A DNA stretch of 50,725 bases, taken from Paraspadella gotoi. Its lineage: Eukaryota; Animalia; Chaetognatha. Positions 10,026-22,844 of the stretch are shown in pieces. The notes under the pieces were generated by a model that was not told the origin of the DNA, ran no database searches, and saw only the letters and a program-made list of their open reading frames with translations. Location of the stretch: contig CM119264.1 of the NCBI GenBank assembly GCA_051294375.1, forward strand, positions 28,304,188 to 28,354,912, written 5' to 3'. How positions within the stretch are numbered: the stretch's first letter is position 1; every line of letters begins with the position of its first letter. A program made the translations under genes and the position numbers.

Positions 10026-12266
10026 GAAAAGCGACATCTCGGAGTAACGTCTTCCTCAACGCCAACTGGCAAAATCTCAGTTATCACATTGCAAACCAAT
10101 TTGCTCGCAACGATTTCACGGGGATCGCAATGAGATCTCTTGAAAACCAATAGACTCCCGAGGTCAAGCCCGATATCCTGCAGAACATTACGAGATAGAG
10201 CCAGGTATTATTATTATTATTTATTATTATTTATTTATTTATTATATATTATTATTTATTATTATATTATTATTATTATTATTATATTACGAGATGGTGC
10301 CAGGTCTTAAAAAAATCATGACGGGTCTAACAAGATTGCACTTAGTCTCACGACGTCGCCATATTGGTGAGAGTTAGCCTTCCGAATGATAGTCGAGGCA
10401 AAAGACAAAAACTGACATCTCGTTGTAACATTAACAACCATCACGTGACCTCACGCAGAATTATCACGCAGTAAACTCCTTCGCAATGATATCAGTTTTC
10501 TCAAGGACGTGCCGGGTCTCATGACGTCCTGTGGGTCTTACAGGATCCTTCCGGGTCTCACGAGGTCGTGCCGGGTCTGGAAATGTCACGCGAGTCGGGC
10601 GCGGTCGGGCGAAGCCGCTCAAGGACGGGCGATGACGGGCAGAGAAGAAGAGAGACGAGCAGAGTCGCGCGAGGTTTTATAAAAAGGGGCCGGGGAAGTG
10701 GGATAGTGGGAAAGTGGTAAACAGGGGAAGTGGGAAAGAGGGGAAGTGAGGAAGTGGGAAGGTGAGGTTGGGTGAGGTGATAAAAAAGTGAGATGTTTCT
10801 CTGTTGCAACAGAAAAGGAGGAAGAGGAGGAGGAAGAGAATCTCATATCTTCGTCTCCGCTGTTATTATTATTAGTTGTTGTTGTTGTTGTTTTGTTGTT
10901 GTTGTTGTTGTTTTGGGTCCGGATCTAGCGCGGGCTCTGGTTCTTCACGTCCAAAAAGAAGAATCGGGGTATTCAAGCTTATCAACTAATTAATTGATTA
11001 ACTATCGAAAATATTGAACCATAAAAAAATACGAATAAAATCCATTAAAAATGTTTAAAAGGCTCGGTCCGCCTCTGGCGGCGTCGAGATGAACGACTTT
11101 CCGGAGAATTTCCGAATTTAACGATTCCATTTCCAGGCGAATAAATTTCCCGCCAAAAAAAAAGAAAGAAAAAAAAAGTGAGTTTCGTTTAAAAAGGCGA
11201 CGTTCGAGTTTCCTCTTTGGCGAAGACGAGGCAGTTGTCTTTCGAGGGTTTGGAATGCCTTAAAAGTATAAAGAGGAGAGCGAGTCGACTTAACTATGGG
11301 ATATCATTATTATTTTGTCATCGAGAAATGTCCTTTTTACTTCTTTATAGCATTCCCGTATTCTTTATCTTCCGTAACCTCTTTTTAAATTGTTCACTAA
11401 TCTTGATTCTTTATTATTAACGACCCTCATATCAAGAAAAAGAAGTTTAATAATCAAATTTATTAATTATTTTAATTATAATTAATGCTATCGTGTCATT
11501 TACTGTCCTTTTAGGTGGAAAATTTAAAACTACCAAAAAAACTAACCTTAGTCACCAAAGAATAAAAAATTGTCACCGTATTCTAAAAAAAATCGTCGAA
11601 TCTCCTCGCATCTCCCCGCATCTCCTCGCATCTCCCTATCACCCGCCCCCCCAACCGCCTCCCCATTCAGTTTGTTAGCGAATTCTCTCTCTCCCTGATT
11701 CGCTGTTGGAAAGAAATTCTAAATTGCCTTCGTTTTCCGCTAAGTCGCTTGAAATCTTTCGAATTCAAATCGAAAATGAGTTTGAAGACTAAAACGTGGA
11801 ATCTTTTGTTTTGGAAGACGACTTTCTAAGATTGAACCGACGCAGCAGATGTCGCCGCCGCCGACGAAGCAGCGGCCGCTTTTGACTGATGCGTCTCGGA
11901 TGGAGGCGTCGACACGCTTTGCGCCGCCCCATCTACTCAGTCGCGTCAGCGCCACCTGTCGCCGCCACCGAGCGACCGACGCGCCATCGTCGAAAATAAC
12001 GACGACGGCATCGAGGACGACAACGACAACAACAACGACGCGCCCATTGAATGACGCTTTTCTCGGAAAAGGAATTCGATTGTTTTCCGAAGTAAATCGG
12101 GACGAAAAACGCAACGAAAAACAATTTTAACTTCGGTGGAAAATAACGACAGCGAGAAACATCGAGAGGACGACGAGGATTACGACGACGACGACGACGA
12201 AACGACCGAATCCGAAAAGACTGCAGAAAGAAACTAAACAAACAACGATCTCTCTCTCTCTCTCTA

Positions 12267-12323
<57 letters not shown>

Positions 12324-12360
12324 GGTCGCTAGAAATAACCAAATATCTTCGTTTTCCGTT

Positions 12361-13425
12361 TTTTGCCGCTCAGAATTTTGATGTCGCTTCAGTCGTCGGA
12401 ATCAAATGGTCGAAAAACAAAGAAGAAAACATTTTTTTATTTGGAAGAGAGAACATGAAATCAAACTAAGAACAAGTATTTGTTAAAACAAAACTGGACC
12501 GAGTGACCAAGCTTGAAATAATCAATATGAGAACGTATAAACGTTATTTAAAATAAACAATTTGAAAATTAAGGGAAAAAAATATTCAAAATATTTCAAA
12601 ATTTAAGAACCTGGAATATAGAAAAATTAAGGGAACAATACTGGGAGGCTTCGAAAATATGAATTCTTATAAAACGAAATAAATTTAATAGACTCAGAAG
12701 AAAGGAAGTTTATGATCATCGCATTATATGTTATGGGTAATATTTTCACCATATCTCTCTCTCTCTCTCTTCTCTTCTCTCTTCTCATTTTCTCTCTCTC
12801 AACCCCATTCGGAGCCGATTAATAGCCCGCCATTAAACTTTGTCAAAACCCTTCGGTATACTCGCCCGTCAGCCATTTACTTACTAACGCCATCAACTGT
12901 GCGACTTTCGTCCCGTCCAGAAATAACGCTATTAAAATCGGGTTATTTAAAAATGCCATTTAAGACGCCATTTAAAAAAAGGCCAGCTTGCCCAGCGACG
13001 CTGGCGGATAGTTCGTTATTTAAAATTCCTATTCATCCTGTGCTCNNNNNNNNNNNNNNNNNNNNNNNNNTTGCCGCCAGAATTTGATGTCGCTTCAGTC
13101 GTCGGACAAATGGGAAAAACAAAAGAACATTTTTATTGGAAGAGAGAACATGAAATCAAACTAAGAACAAGTATTGTTAAAACAAAACTGGACCGAGTGA
13201 CTAGCGTGAAATAATAATATGAGACGTATAAACGTATTAAATAAACGAATTGAATAATTAAGGGAAAAAATATAAAATATTCAAAATATTCAAATTTAAG
13301 AACCGGAATATAAAAATTAAGGGAAAAACTGGAGGCTCGAAAATATGAATACTTGTAAACGAAATAAATTTTAGACTCAGAAGAAGGAAGTATGATCATC
13401 GCATAATGTATGGGTAATATTTTCA

Positions 13426-13491
<66 letters not shown>

Positions 13492-13680
13492 CATTCGGAG
13501 CCATAAAGCGCCATTAAACCCTTCGGTAACGCCGTCAGCCATCTACTAACGCCATCAAGCGCGACTTCGTCCCGTCAGAAATAACGCTATTAAAACGTTA
13601 TTAAAATGCCATTAAGACGCCATTAAAAAAAGGCCAGCTTGCCAGCGACGCGGCGAAGTTCGTTATTTAAAATCCATCGA
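12361..13680. other. tandem duplicate around a 25-N gap (12361-13030 noisy copy of 13071-13680); probable assembly artefact
   Basis: Copies differ mainly by scattered single-base insertions. Confidence 0.8.
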
Positions 13681-14056
13681 AGTTCGTAGTCGAAAAAAGC
13701 GGGAAAATTTAAATTCTATTCAACCGCCGCTGACCTTCGACCTCACCTCGCTTAGAAAAAAANNNNNNNNNNNNNNNNNNNNNNNNNNNNNNNNNNNNNN
13801 NNNNNNNNNNNNNNNNNNNNNNNNNNNNNNNNNNNNNNNNNNNNNNNNNNNNNNNNNNNNNNNNNNNNNNNNNNNNNNNNNNNNNNNNNNNNNNNNNNNN
13901 NNNNNNNNNNNNNNNNNNNNNNNNNNNNNNNNNNNNNNNNNNNNNNNNNNNNNNNNNNNNNNNNNNNNNNNNNNNNNNNNNNNNNNNNNNNNNNNNNNNN
14001 NNNNNNNNNNNNNNNNNNNNNNNNNNNNNNTCGAATCCTAGAAACTAAAAAAAAAA

Positions 14057-14566
14057 ATGGCGACCGTCCAGGAAATCTGCGTCACCGGAAGGAGCGTCAC
14101 TTACATCGCGGCCGCATCCTCGGAAGTGACGGAAGTGACGCCTCCGATTGGGACGGGAGTGACGCTGTCATCGATGGCGGCGTCGAGAGCGTCGCCGTCT
14201 CCGCCGCCTTCGAAGACCGCTGCCGCCGCCGCCGCCGCCGCCGCCGAGGACGACGACGTCGACGAAGACATTCCCTTCCCTTCCCATCGCGTAGACAAAT
14301 CCCCACAACGAAACGTCATCAGATCGAGGAGAAAACAGCATCAGCGTCAACATCAACTCCAGCAACAGCAACTTCGTCGTCAACAACAGCAGCAAGAAAC
14401 GTCGCAACGGCCGCCGCAGCAATATCGGCAGCCGCAGCCGCAGGAGACGACGACGACGACGAGCGAGGAAGCGTTGGTCGTCCCTGAGTTGATCTGTACT
14501 TGTCTGCCATCTCCGAGAGAAGAGGACGAGGACGAAGCCAACGACAACATAGACGACGACGACGAC
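14057..14566 (+). CDS. probable first coding exon of a low-complexity protein (poly-A, poly-Q, poly-T, poly-D; ICTC motif)
   Basis: aaaaATGG start context; GC-rich 170-codon open frame running into the gap at 14567. Sequence past the gap is an inverted noisy copy, not a true continuation. Confidence 0.65.
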
Positions 14567-14719
14567 NNNNNNNNNNNNNNNNNNNNNNNNNAACCCCCCA
14601 CTCCCCACCTCCCACCTCCTCACCTGGTCACATCTTTCATCTCCTTCGTATCTCCGCCCGCAGGTGCAAAATATCATTTACAAATATATCGCCGAATCAT
14701 CGTGACTGTAATCGATCGT

Positions 14720-15185
14720 TCGGTCGTCGTGCGACGTCGTCGTGTAGTCTATGTTGTCGTTGGCTTCGTCCTCGTCCCTCTCTGGAGATGGCAAGACAAG
14801 TACACGATTCAACTCAAAGGGACGCCAAACGCTATCCATCGCTCGTCGAATCGCGTCGTCTCCTGCGGCTGCGGCCTGCCGAATGATTGCATCGGCGGCC
14901 GTTTGCGACGTTTTCTTACTGCTGTTAGTTGACGACGAAAAGTAGTGTTACGCTGGAGTTGATGTTGACGGCTGGAATGCTGGTTGTCTCCTCGGAAATC
15001 TGAATGACGTTTCGTGTGTGGGGATTTGTCTACGCGATGGGAAGGGAAGGAATGTCTTCGTCGACGTCGTCGTCCCCTCCGGCGGGGGGCCGGCGGCGGC
15101 AGCGGTCTTCGAAGGCGGCGGAGAACGGCGACGCTTCTCGACGCAGCCATCGATGACAAAGCGTCACTCCCGTCCGCAATCGGGG
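14720..15185 (-). other. inverted error-rich copy of 14150-14560; probable long-read artefact
   Basis: For example gtctatgttgtcgttggcttcgtcctcgtcc is the reverse complement of 14524-14554; many indels. Confidence 0.8.
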
Positions 15186-15959
15186 GGGTGGAGGGTTAGT
15201 TTGGGTGGTTAGGGAGGTGGAAAGGTGGGTTTGAGTCTATGCAAAATCGGTTTGGGGTGGTTGAAGATTAGGGCGAAGTGTTAGTTTGGAATCAAAATTT
15301 AGCAGTTATATTCTGAAAACTAACATATTAGTGAATATGAAGCTATAGTTATTTCTATTTTTATACAAATTTAGTAGCCCAGTTAGCTTATTTTGTATAT
15401 AGTATTACCCTTATATAATGTCAAAATTTAAAAATATTTTTTTTTTTGCATTCTGAAAAAAATTCAGATTTTTCGTTAAAAGTTGATAACAAAAATATAA
15501 ATCTTTTTCAAAAATTATGTCATTAAGTAGGTTAAAATTACAAAAAGCTATATTTTGAAGCTGGAAATTTTGATTGGTAGCCATTGTATTAAGCTGGAAA
15601 TTAAAAATCGGCGTCTTAAATATAGTTTTTTACATTTTTGACCAACTTAATAAAATAATTTTTAAAAAAGAATTATACTTAATTATATCAACCTTTTGCA
15701 AAAAATCTAAATCCGATCTTAAAATTAAAAAAATTGTATTTTGAACTCTTAGCCTATTATATACTTATTACTTTATATAAATATAGCTAACTGATACCCA
15801 CTAGTGAATAAAATTAAAAATTAAATTTACCAAAATATATTTATTGGATTTTTTTTAATATTCCATATGCTAAATTATAATTTTATGAAATTTTATTATT
15901 TTCACTTCACCCTAGTGAAAATTGGTTGAAAAATTGAAAATTATGGACGTGCTTGGGAA

Positions 15960-17637
15960 TGGTTTTAGTGGATGACGGAATTTTTAGTGATACAAGAATC
16001 GATCAACCAAATAATAATGAACGATGCAGTATTTCAGTATAACAATCGAAGGTGAAAATGCGCGTCGATGAATTAAAAATAACAATGACTTTTATATGAA
16101 CTACTTTGTTTACCAAAGTAGGAATTGTGAAGGGAATGGCAATTTAGGCGAGAAATATTTATTGACATTGCAATTTACAGAATTCTTTTCTCACGAACTT
16201 CACTCGGCCCATGCTACTAAAATTTCAAAAAAACAAAAATAATATTTCTAAAAAACGATACTATAAATTCACTCAGGGTTATAAAAAATAAAATTTTTAA
16301 GCCAAAAATAACACTAGTAAAATTCACAAGGTTCTACTTTAAATTAATCAGTAATTGGAATCGCGAATATATAAAAGGAATTAATTTCAAGTTTATTATT
16401 ACACTCTCTTATAAAAAATTTCAAAGCTAACATTCCATCTAACCAAAAATCATGCTTTTTCAACTTGTTCTCTTTCACAGTAAGGTGATTTCGATGTCGA
16501 TCCTCTGCACGTCGCGCATCGATTCCTCGTCCCTATAGATTGAGGAACGACTCTCCTCATTCGTCCGCTGTCTGAATTTTATGGTTCCCACTCGCCATAT
16601 ATAATAATCAGGATCTCCACTCGGCCACGCACAAAGAAAGCAAATAAATGAGTATCAAAGTAAACGCAAATAAAATTAAATTAAAAACGGCCACTTTCTA
16701 AAATAAAAGTACACTATCACAGCTAACTTCTTTGGCCAGTTAAAGCTAAATAATGCGGAAAATATCAAAATGAAATTTAATAATAATTTAGGAATATATA
16801 CGGTAGCGTTGGTTAATCACACATGAAAATTAAAATTACGAAGTTCTGATTTATGAATCACGAAAGACATATCAAGTTTTGTATGAATGTGATAGCACCA
16901 TGAACACATGTGAACAGCACAAACGATGAGCACACATTTAGACTTTGAAAAGAGTGATGACGTAGCATCGTGACGCAGATCCTCTTGTGGCGTAGAGGCA
17001 TAAACCGGGCTATTTCTCCAGTACAGTACAAGTGACTACTGGTGCATGTTGCCGCAAATGCAAACATGATCCACTGGTCTCAAACATCTCCCATTCATCG
17101 CCTATCCACATGGTCTTTTCGGCGTCCAAAACTTGCCATAGAACGTGACGGCTGACGTGCTCCAGTTCCCTTGATGACGAACGTTACCGCAAAAAATTTA
17201 ATGTTGTTTTCAAGTTGGCAGACTTTAACGAAGCAGGGAGAACGTTAGTCAAATTTCGCATATCCACTCAGTGACACAAAAAAAAAAACAACCCTTTTAT
17301 GTCGTTTTGGCGATGACGTTTTCTCAATGCCAAAAGATTCATCTTTTGCCATTCTCTTTGTAGGTGTAATCCCACCATTGAGGTGGGACTCCACCGCTGC
17401 CATCAAGTGGAGGACGGAATTTTTAGTGAAAAGAATTCGATACCAATAAAATGAACGAAGTTTATTTCAGTATAACATCGAAGGGAAAATGCGCGCGAGA
17501 ATAAAATAACAATGACTTTTATATGAACTACTTTGTTTACCAAAGTAGGAATGTGAAAGGGAATGAATTTTAGGCCGGAGAAATATTATTGACATTTTTT
17601 CGCAAGATTACAGAATTCTTTTCTCACGAACTTCACT
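15960..17637. repeat. ~240-bp direct duplicate (15960-16205 vs 17405-17637)
   Basis: Shared caatgacttttatatgaactactttgtttaccaaagtagga; indel-type differences suggest artefact. Confidence 0.7.
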
Positions 17638-17795
17638 GTTTATTACGGAAAGTGTGAAATGTAGATTGTAGAATTTTGGAAACTGTGAAATGTAGTATTG
17701 TCAAAAGTGTAGATTGTGGAAAGTGTTGAATTTCGGAAAGTGTTAAATTGGGATTTGTTGAAAGTGTGGAATGTGGAATTGAGGAAATGTTCCAG

Positions 17796-18021
17796 TTCCA
17801 AATCGCAATTCCCGATTCGACGTCGGGAGAAAAAAGGCGATGAAAGGATTAAGGCGGAACTGGTCGAGTCACCGGTTCACGGGTTCACAGGTGGGCAAAC
17901 GGGCGAGAGAGATTGATCCCCAGGCAGTTAAGATCCCCTTAAATGACAGACTCACCATATTTTCTCTCCATCTCAAGAAAATTTCTGTCGACGGAACGAA
18001 AAATGAGTTTCGAGAGGAAAC
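17796..18021 (+). CDS. candidate exon (PNRNSRFDVGRKKAMKGLRRNWSSHRFTGSQ...FREET)
   Basis: ttccag| acceptor, GC-richer open frame (ORF 17840..18025), possible donors at 17891 and 18022; linkage unproven. Confidence 0.35.
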
Positions 18022-18029
18022 GTGAAAAG

Positions 18030-18400
18030 GATGGGGAGAAGGGGGGAGTATAAAAATGGAAAAAAGGGAAAAGGGAATAGATAAAAAGAGGAAAAAGGAT
18101 GAAAATGGAAAAAGGGAAAAGAAAAAGGGAAAAGGAAAAAAGGATAAGGAAAAAGGAAAATGAAAAAGGGAATATATAAAAAGAGGAAAGAGAATGAAAA
18201 TGGAAAAATGGAAAAGGAAAAAGGGAAAAGATAAAGGAAAAAGGGAACAGGAAAAAGGAAAAAGGAAAAAGATAAAAAGGGGAAAGACGACGAAAATGGA
18301 AAAAGGTAAAGTGGAAAAGGGAAAAGGGCAAAAGGAGCAGGAGGACCAAAATGGTAAAAAAAAAGGATGAAAAGGAAGAGAGAAAAAGGAAGGAAGAGGA
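18030..18400. repeat. purine-rich (GGAAAAA)n low-complexity tract
   Basis: Direct reading. Confidence 0.8.
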
Positions 18401-19472
18401 CAAAAATACAAAGATTTTAAAAAATGTGGAGGTGATCAGTTTTCTATCAGATATTTTCTTCTTCTATAGAAACTCAGAAGAATCTGAGAAAAAGAATTAT
18501 GGAAAACTATTCACCTGGATGGGTTCTTTTTTTTAACACTTCTGGTATAATATTTATATAATGAAGGTTAAATAGGTTTTTGACTTTTTTTTATTCCTTT
18601 CTTTGCTTTGTAGACTAGACTTTGCTTTTAAAATCACCATCGAGCTTACATCGTTTATAACGAACTCCTTAACATATTCCTTAACAATTTTAGTCTTCGA
18701 TCCAATCCTTTTTTTATAAATAATTTATGCATAAATTAAAATTTAAATCCCGTCAAAAAATAAAAGCCTCGACTCTGCGGCTCAACTCGAGTTTCAAGGA
18801 AAAAAAACCGGTGACGTCGATGAAAGGGAAATTTGGGGTCGAATTGAAAGAGGGGGCGGGGTGGTGGGGTGGCGGGGTGGTGGGGATAGGGTAAGGTGGG
18901 TACATTGGGTGGAAGAAATCCGGGACGAGGGTAAGTAAAATTACTAGTGGTAAGGAAAGCTGAGTTAGTATTGACGGTAGTCGGGTAAGGAATGAAGGCT
19001 TAATCAAAAGTTTATTGAGTTATGAAATTGGGGTAAGGCATCTGGTTTAGGGTAAGTTCGAGTCGCAGAATTGGCGCAACAGAGCCGCGGAAAAAATGTT
19101 TTTATTCGGGAAATTATTGAAATCTGATTCGTAGAAAATTTTTTTATAAAATTCGAAGAGAGATTAAATAAAGAATATAAAAAGAGTTGGAAAAAATTGA
19201 AATTCAAAACGTAAAAGAATATTATATTATATTTATAAATATAATAAAATATATACAATATTGATGAAAAAGAAATTCTTGTGAAGAAAAAATATATGAA
19301 TATGGGTAAGTAAAAGGTGACACAAACTTGGCAGCTGTCCCGCTTCTGTTCTTCAGTTGAAGATGATGAGGAAAGACGAGCCCTACAATGATATGACAAT
19401 GACAATGACGAGGAATAATGAAAAGACACTGAATGATGTCGTCGTTTTTAGCACGAACCACACACACATAAC

Positions 19473-19955
19473 ACTCTCTCTCTCTCTCTCCCTCTCTCCT
19501 ATTATTTTCTCTCTCTCTCTCTATTTCTCTCTCTCTCCTCTCCTCTCTCTCTTTCTCCCTCCTCTCTCTCTCTCTCTCTCTCTTCTCTCGTCCTTCTTTC
19601 CCTCCCCCTCTCTCTCCTTCTCTCTCTCTCCCTCCTCTCTCTCTCTCCTCTCTCTCTCCTCCCTCCCTCTCTCTCTCTCCTCTCCCTCTCTCTCCCCCCT
19701 CTCTTCTCTCTCCCTCCCTCTTCTCTCTCTTTCTTCTCCTCTCTCTCTCTCTCCTCCCTCTCTCTCTCCTCCCTCTCTCATCCCTCTCTCTCTTCTCTCC
19801 CTCTCTCGTTCTCTCTCTCCTCTCTGTCTCTCCTCTCTCCCTCCCGTCTCCTCTCTCTCCTCAGCTCATTAACAATTGCATTGTTACTGTGGTTAATATA
19901 TTCACATTTTGAGCATAATAAATCCAAATCAATCTCTCTCCCTCCTCTCTCTCTC

Positions 19956-19992
<37 letters not shown>

Positions 19993-20190
19993 CCTCCCTC
20001 CCTCCTCTCTCTATCTCTCTCTCTCCCTCTTCTCCTCTCCTCTCTCCTCCCTCTCTCTCTTCTCCTGCCTCCCTCTCTCCTCTCCTCTCCCTCCCTCCCT
20101 CTCTCTCTCTCCTCTCTCTCTTCCTCTCTCCTCTCTCCCTCTCCTCCCTCTCTCTCTCTTCCTCTCTCTTCTCTCTCTCTCTCTCTCTCT
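19473..20190. repeat. long degenerate (CT)n block
   Basis: Direct reading; explains the S/L/P and E/R ORFs here. Confidence 0.9.
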
Positions 20191-20436
20191 CAAAACGAAA
20201 CAAAATAATTGGCCATTCTTCTCCTTTGCATAAATTCAAAGAAATTAATTACGTAGTTGTTTTTCGACGGCTTCATCCATATTATCATTAAGCCTTTAAT
20301 GATTTCAAATTTTTTTAACTTCATTTTTTATTCTAATTTTTCTAATAGACGAACGATCGGACAAACAGTAATATACAGACAGACAGAAAATACCACTGAC
20401 AAACAGGCAGAAATCGACGTCCAGAAATAATGCAAA

Positions 20437-20700
20437 CGGCACTGATTTTCCGAAAGCCCTCCTGTCTCAGTTTTTTAATCCCTAAAACTTAATTTTAATT
20501 TTAAAATTTAAGTCTTCAATTTTTATTTAATTTCTAATCTTAATTAATCTTAACCCTAATTTTCAAATCCTAACTTTTATCTCCTTACCGGCTAGAATCT
20601 TTATTCTTAATGCTTTAAACCTAGATCCTTAAATTAATCCATATATGAAGTTTAATCAACTAAATTTTAGAGCTGAAATGAGGTCTTGTCGGAAAAGAGA
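20437..20700 (-). mobile_element. TIR element with internal CCTAA-like repeats (copy 1, degenerate)
   Basis: Starts cggcactgattttccgaaagccc, similar to the reverse complement of 26905-26930 and 22816-22844. Confidence 0.55.
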
Positions 20701-21676
20701 AAAAAACACCTCAATATTAAAAAGAAAAAATAGAGTTCAAGGCCTAAGGGAAAATAAGGCGGCCAACTTCAGCGGTTGCGGACCTCAAGTGAGGGTGGAG
20801 TGATGAAAAGATTGAGTGATTGGAAACATTATTTTTTTGCTGCCTATGGACATATAATTAATGAATTTTAAATCCTTTAAAAATTTTTTAGCATAACAGT
20901 ATAGGCAAATTCAATCATGTTTATGTAGTAATATCTTATAATACAAGTCAAATTTCAAAAAATAATTTTTTTTTTATTTTTAGAACTGATTTGGATTCGC
21001 TGTACAAGAAACTGTAAGAAACTTTTATAAAATATGTTATAATGGAATATTTATGCTTTAGACGCACAAAAACACTAACGGAAAACATTTTAACATAATA
21101 TAAGTTTCTACTACAGAGAATACAAAAAAGTCAGGAATTTTTTACCTTTTTTTCTTATTTTAAAGCATTGAAGATGACTAGAATTTTTTTGATAAGAGAT
21201 GTTTTATATTTTTGATTCAATTTTACTGAAAGAATCTGAAATCTTTTTAAAATCAAAAAAGTTTATAAAAATTATTTTTTAAAATCTTACTATTTATGAA
21301 GGATATTATTACAATAGTATTATATTTTACTATTGCTGTTCCCGAGATAATATGAACAAAATAGTTTTTGTACTAGTTAATCATACCATCCACATCTAAA
21401 TATCATTGTTCGATCAGTGTCAAAAAATTTCTTTTGTCTTGGAGTTGCTCCACTTTCTAACCTTTCAGTCCATACGCCGGCAGATGGCTGCGATTGGGAA
21501 TCGATATTCGTGGGAGAGAGATGAAAAGAAAGAAAAGAAAGAAAGAAAGAAGATAGAAAGGGAAATGACAACACTCTTTTTATACTCTTTGCTCTCTCTG
21601 TGTCACTGCTCTAGATCTCTCCCTACATTTCTCTCTCTTTCTCACTCTTGGATAAGGCGCTAAGTGGGCAGAAGAT

Positions 21677-21870
21677 GACTATCAGACTATCAGACTAACA
21701 GACATGGAACGGGTCCTGGGCTTGGAACCAGGCTTGAGGGTTTGTCACGCCCCCAAGGCGGCTTACGGCCGTCCTCACTCTTACCGCAGGGTAGGTACCG
21801 GGATGGGATTGAACCCGGTACCGTGTGGTCATGATGCTTGATGGCTTGTACTCAATGAGCCACCCGGGTC
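21677..21870 (-). mobile_element. tRNA-derived SINE
   Basis: Minus strand: A-box-like GTGGCTCATTGAG (~21863-21851), B-box GGTTCAATCCC (21815-21805), GC-rich body, 3' tail of (TAGTCTGA)n repeats; no tRNA cloverleaf end. Confidence 0.75.
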
Positions 21871-22544
21871 GCAACTGAAAGAGACATGCTTATCAGCGGG
21901 GTGAACCTAAGCAATACCGACTACAAACTCTCTATCTCTCTCTCTCATCTCTCCTGCTCTCTCTCTTGTCTCACCATTTAGATTCCATCTCGAAACCCAA
22001 AGAGGAAATTGAACCTCCTTTTCCTCGACTGCTTGAGATCGTTGAGGAGTCGATGAGGAAGAGGGGAAAGAAGGAGGGAGAGAGGGAGAAGGAAGGAGGG
22101 AGAGGGGAGGAGGACAGGGAGTAGGAGAAAGAGAGGAAAGAGGAGGAAGTAGGGGAGGAAGAGAGAAAGAAGGACAGAGAAGGGGGAGGTGGAAGATAAG
22201 AGGGGGAAGGGGAGACGGTCAAAGGAGAGAGAGTAAAGATTAAGCGAATGATAAGAACTTTATACAACTTTATTGATACTGAAGGAAAACCACGGAAGCC
22301 GGTGACTCTTGGAGTTAATAATAAACTAATACTGTGAGAGAAGGACGAAAATATAAAGGGGGAAAAAAGAAAAAAAAATGAAGACTGAAGAGGAAGAATA
22401 ACAGGATCAAAGGTTGAAAAAAAAAAATAAAAGGCGAAGAAAATAATGTTTCGTCTTCGGGGTGAAAATCCAACTGTGAACTGAAGATAAAAGGAATTGA
22501 TGGACAAAGATAAAACTCGATCGAACGAAGTGATGGAAGAAAAT

Positions 22545-22844
22545 GGGCCTTGTTTCCCCAGAACGCCCCGTTTTATCTTAAATTCGGAATTAGAATTAAT
22601 TTTGTTTAGTTGAAGATTAGGTAGATTAATTTATGGTGAGGGATTAAGTAAAGGATTAGGTTACTGATTTCGGTTAGGGATTAAAAATTAGAGATAAAAG
22701 TTAAGGGTGAAGGTTTAATATTAGGTTAGTGAATAGGCTAAGGGATTGGATTATAAGTTTAAAAATATTTTCAGATTATTGAAGTTCAAATTAAATTCTA
22801 GGATAAAAGGAACAGAAATGAGGCGCTCTGGGGAAAGAGTGCCC
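22545..22844 (+). mobile_element. 300-bp MITE with ~29-bp TIRs and internal TTAGG/TTAGGG-like repeats (copy 2, best preserved)
   Basis: Left gggccttgtttccccagaacgccccgttt versus reverse complement of right end gggcactctttccccagagcgcctcattt. Confidence 0.75.

Noticed and set aside
10915-11078. hAT-like MITE (ccggatctag ... ggtccgcctctg)
   Set aside because: The ends match each other poorly and no 8-bp target-site duplication is visible.
14567-14932. C-terminal half of the 291-aa ORF 14057..14932
   Set aside because: It reads through a gap into an inverted noisy copy of the same exon.
16858-17400. Transposase or other coding remnant
   Set aside because: Balanced composition, but no motif or sustained frame recognised, and it lies in a noisy gap-fill zone.
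21790-21870. Functional tRNA gene
   Set aside because: Has A- and B-box-like motifs but no acceptor-stem pairing or T-run terminator, and continues into a SINE-like body and tail.
21982-22124. Extra exon DSISKPKEEIEPPFPRLLEIVEESMRK...
   Set aside because: Acceptor is plausible, but the frame runs into a GA-rich tract and a stop with no convincing donor.
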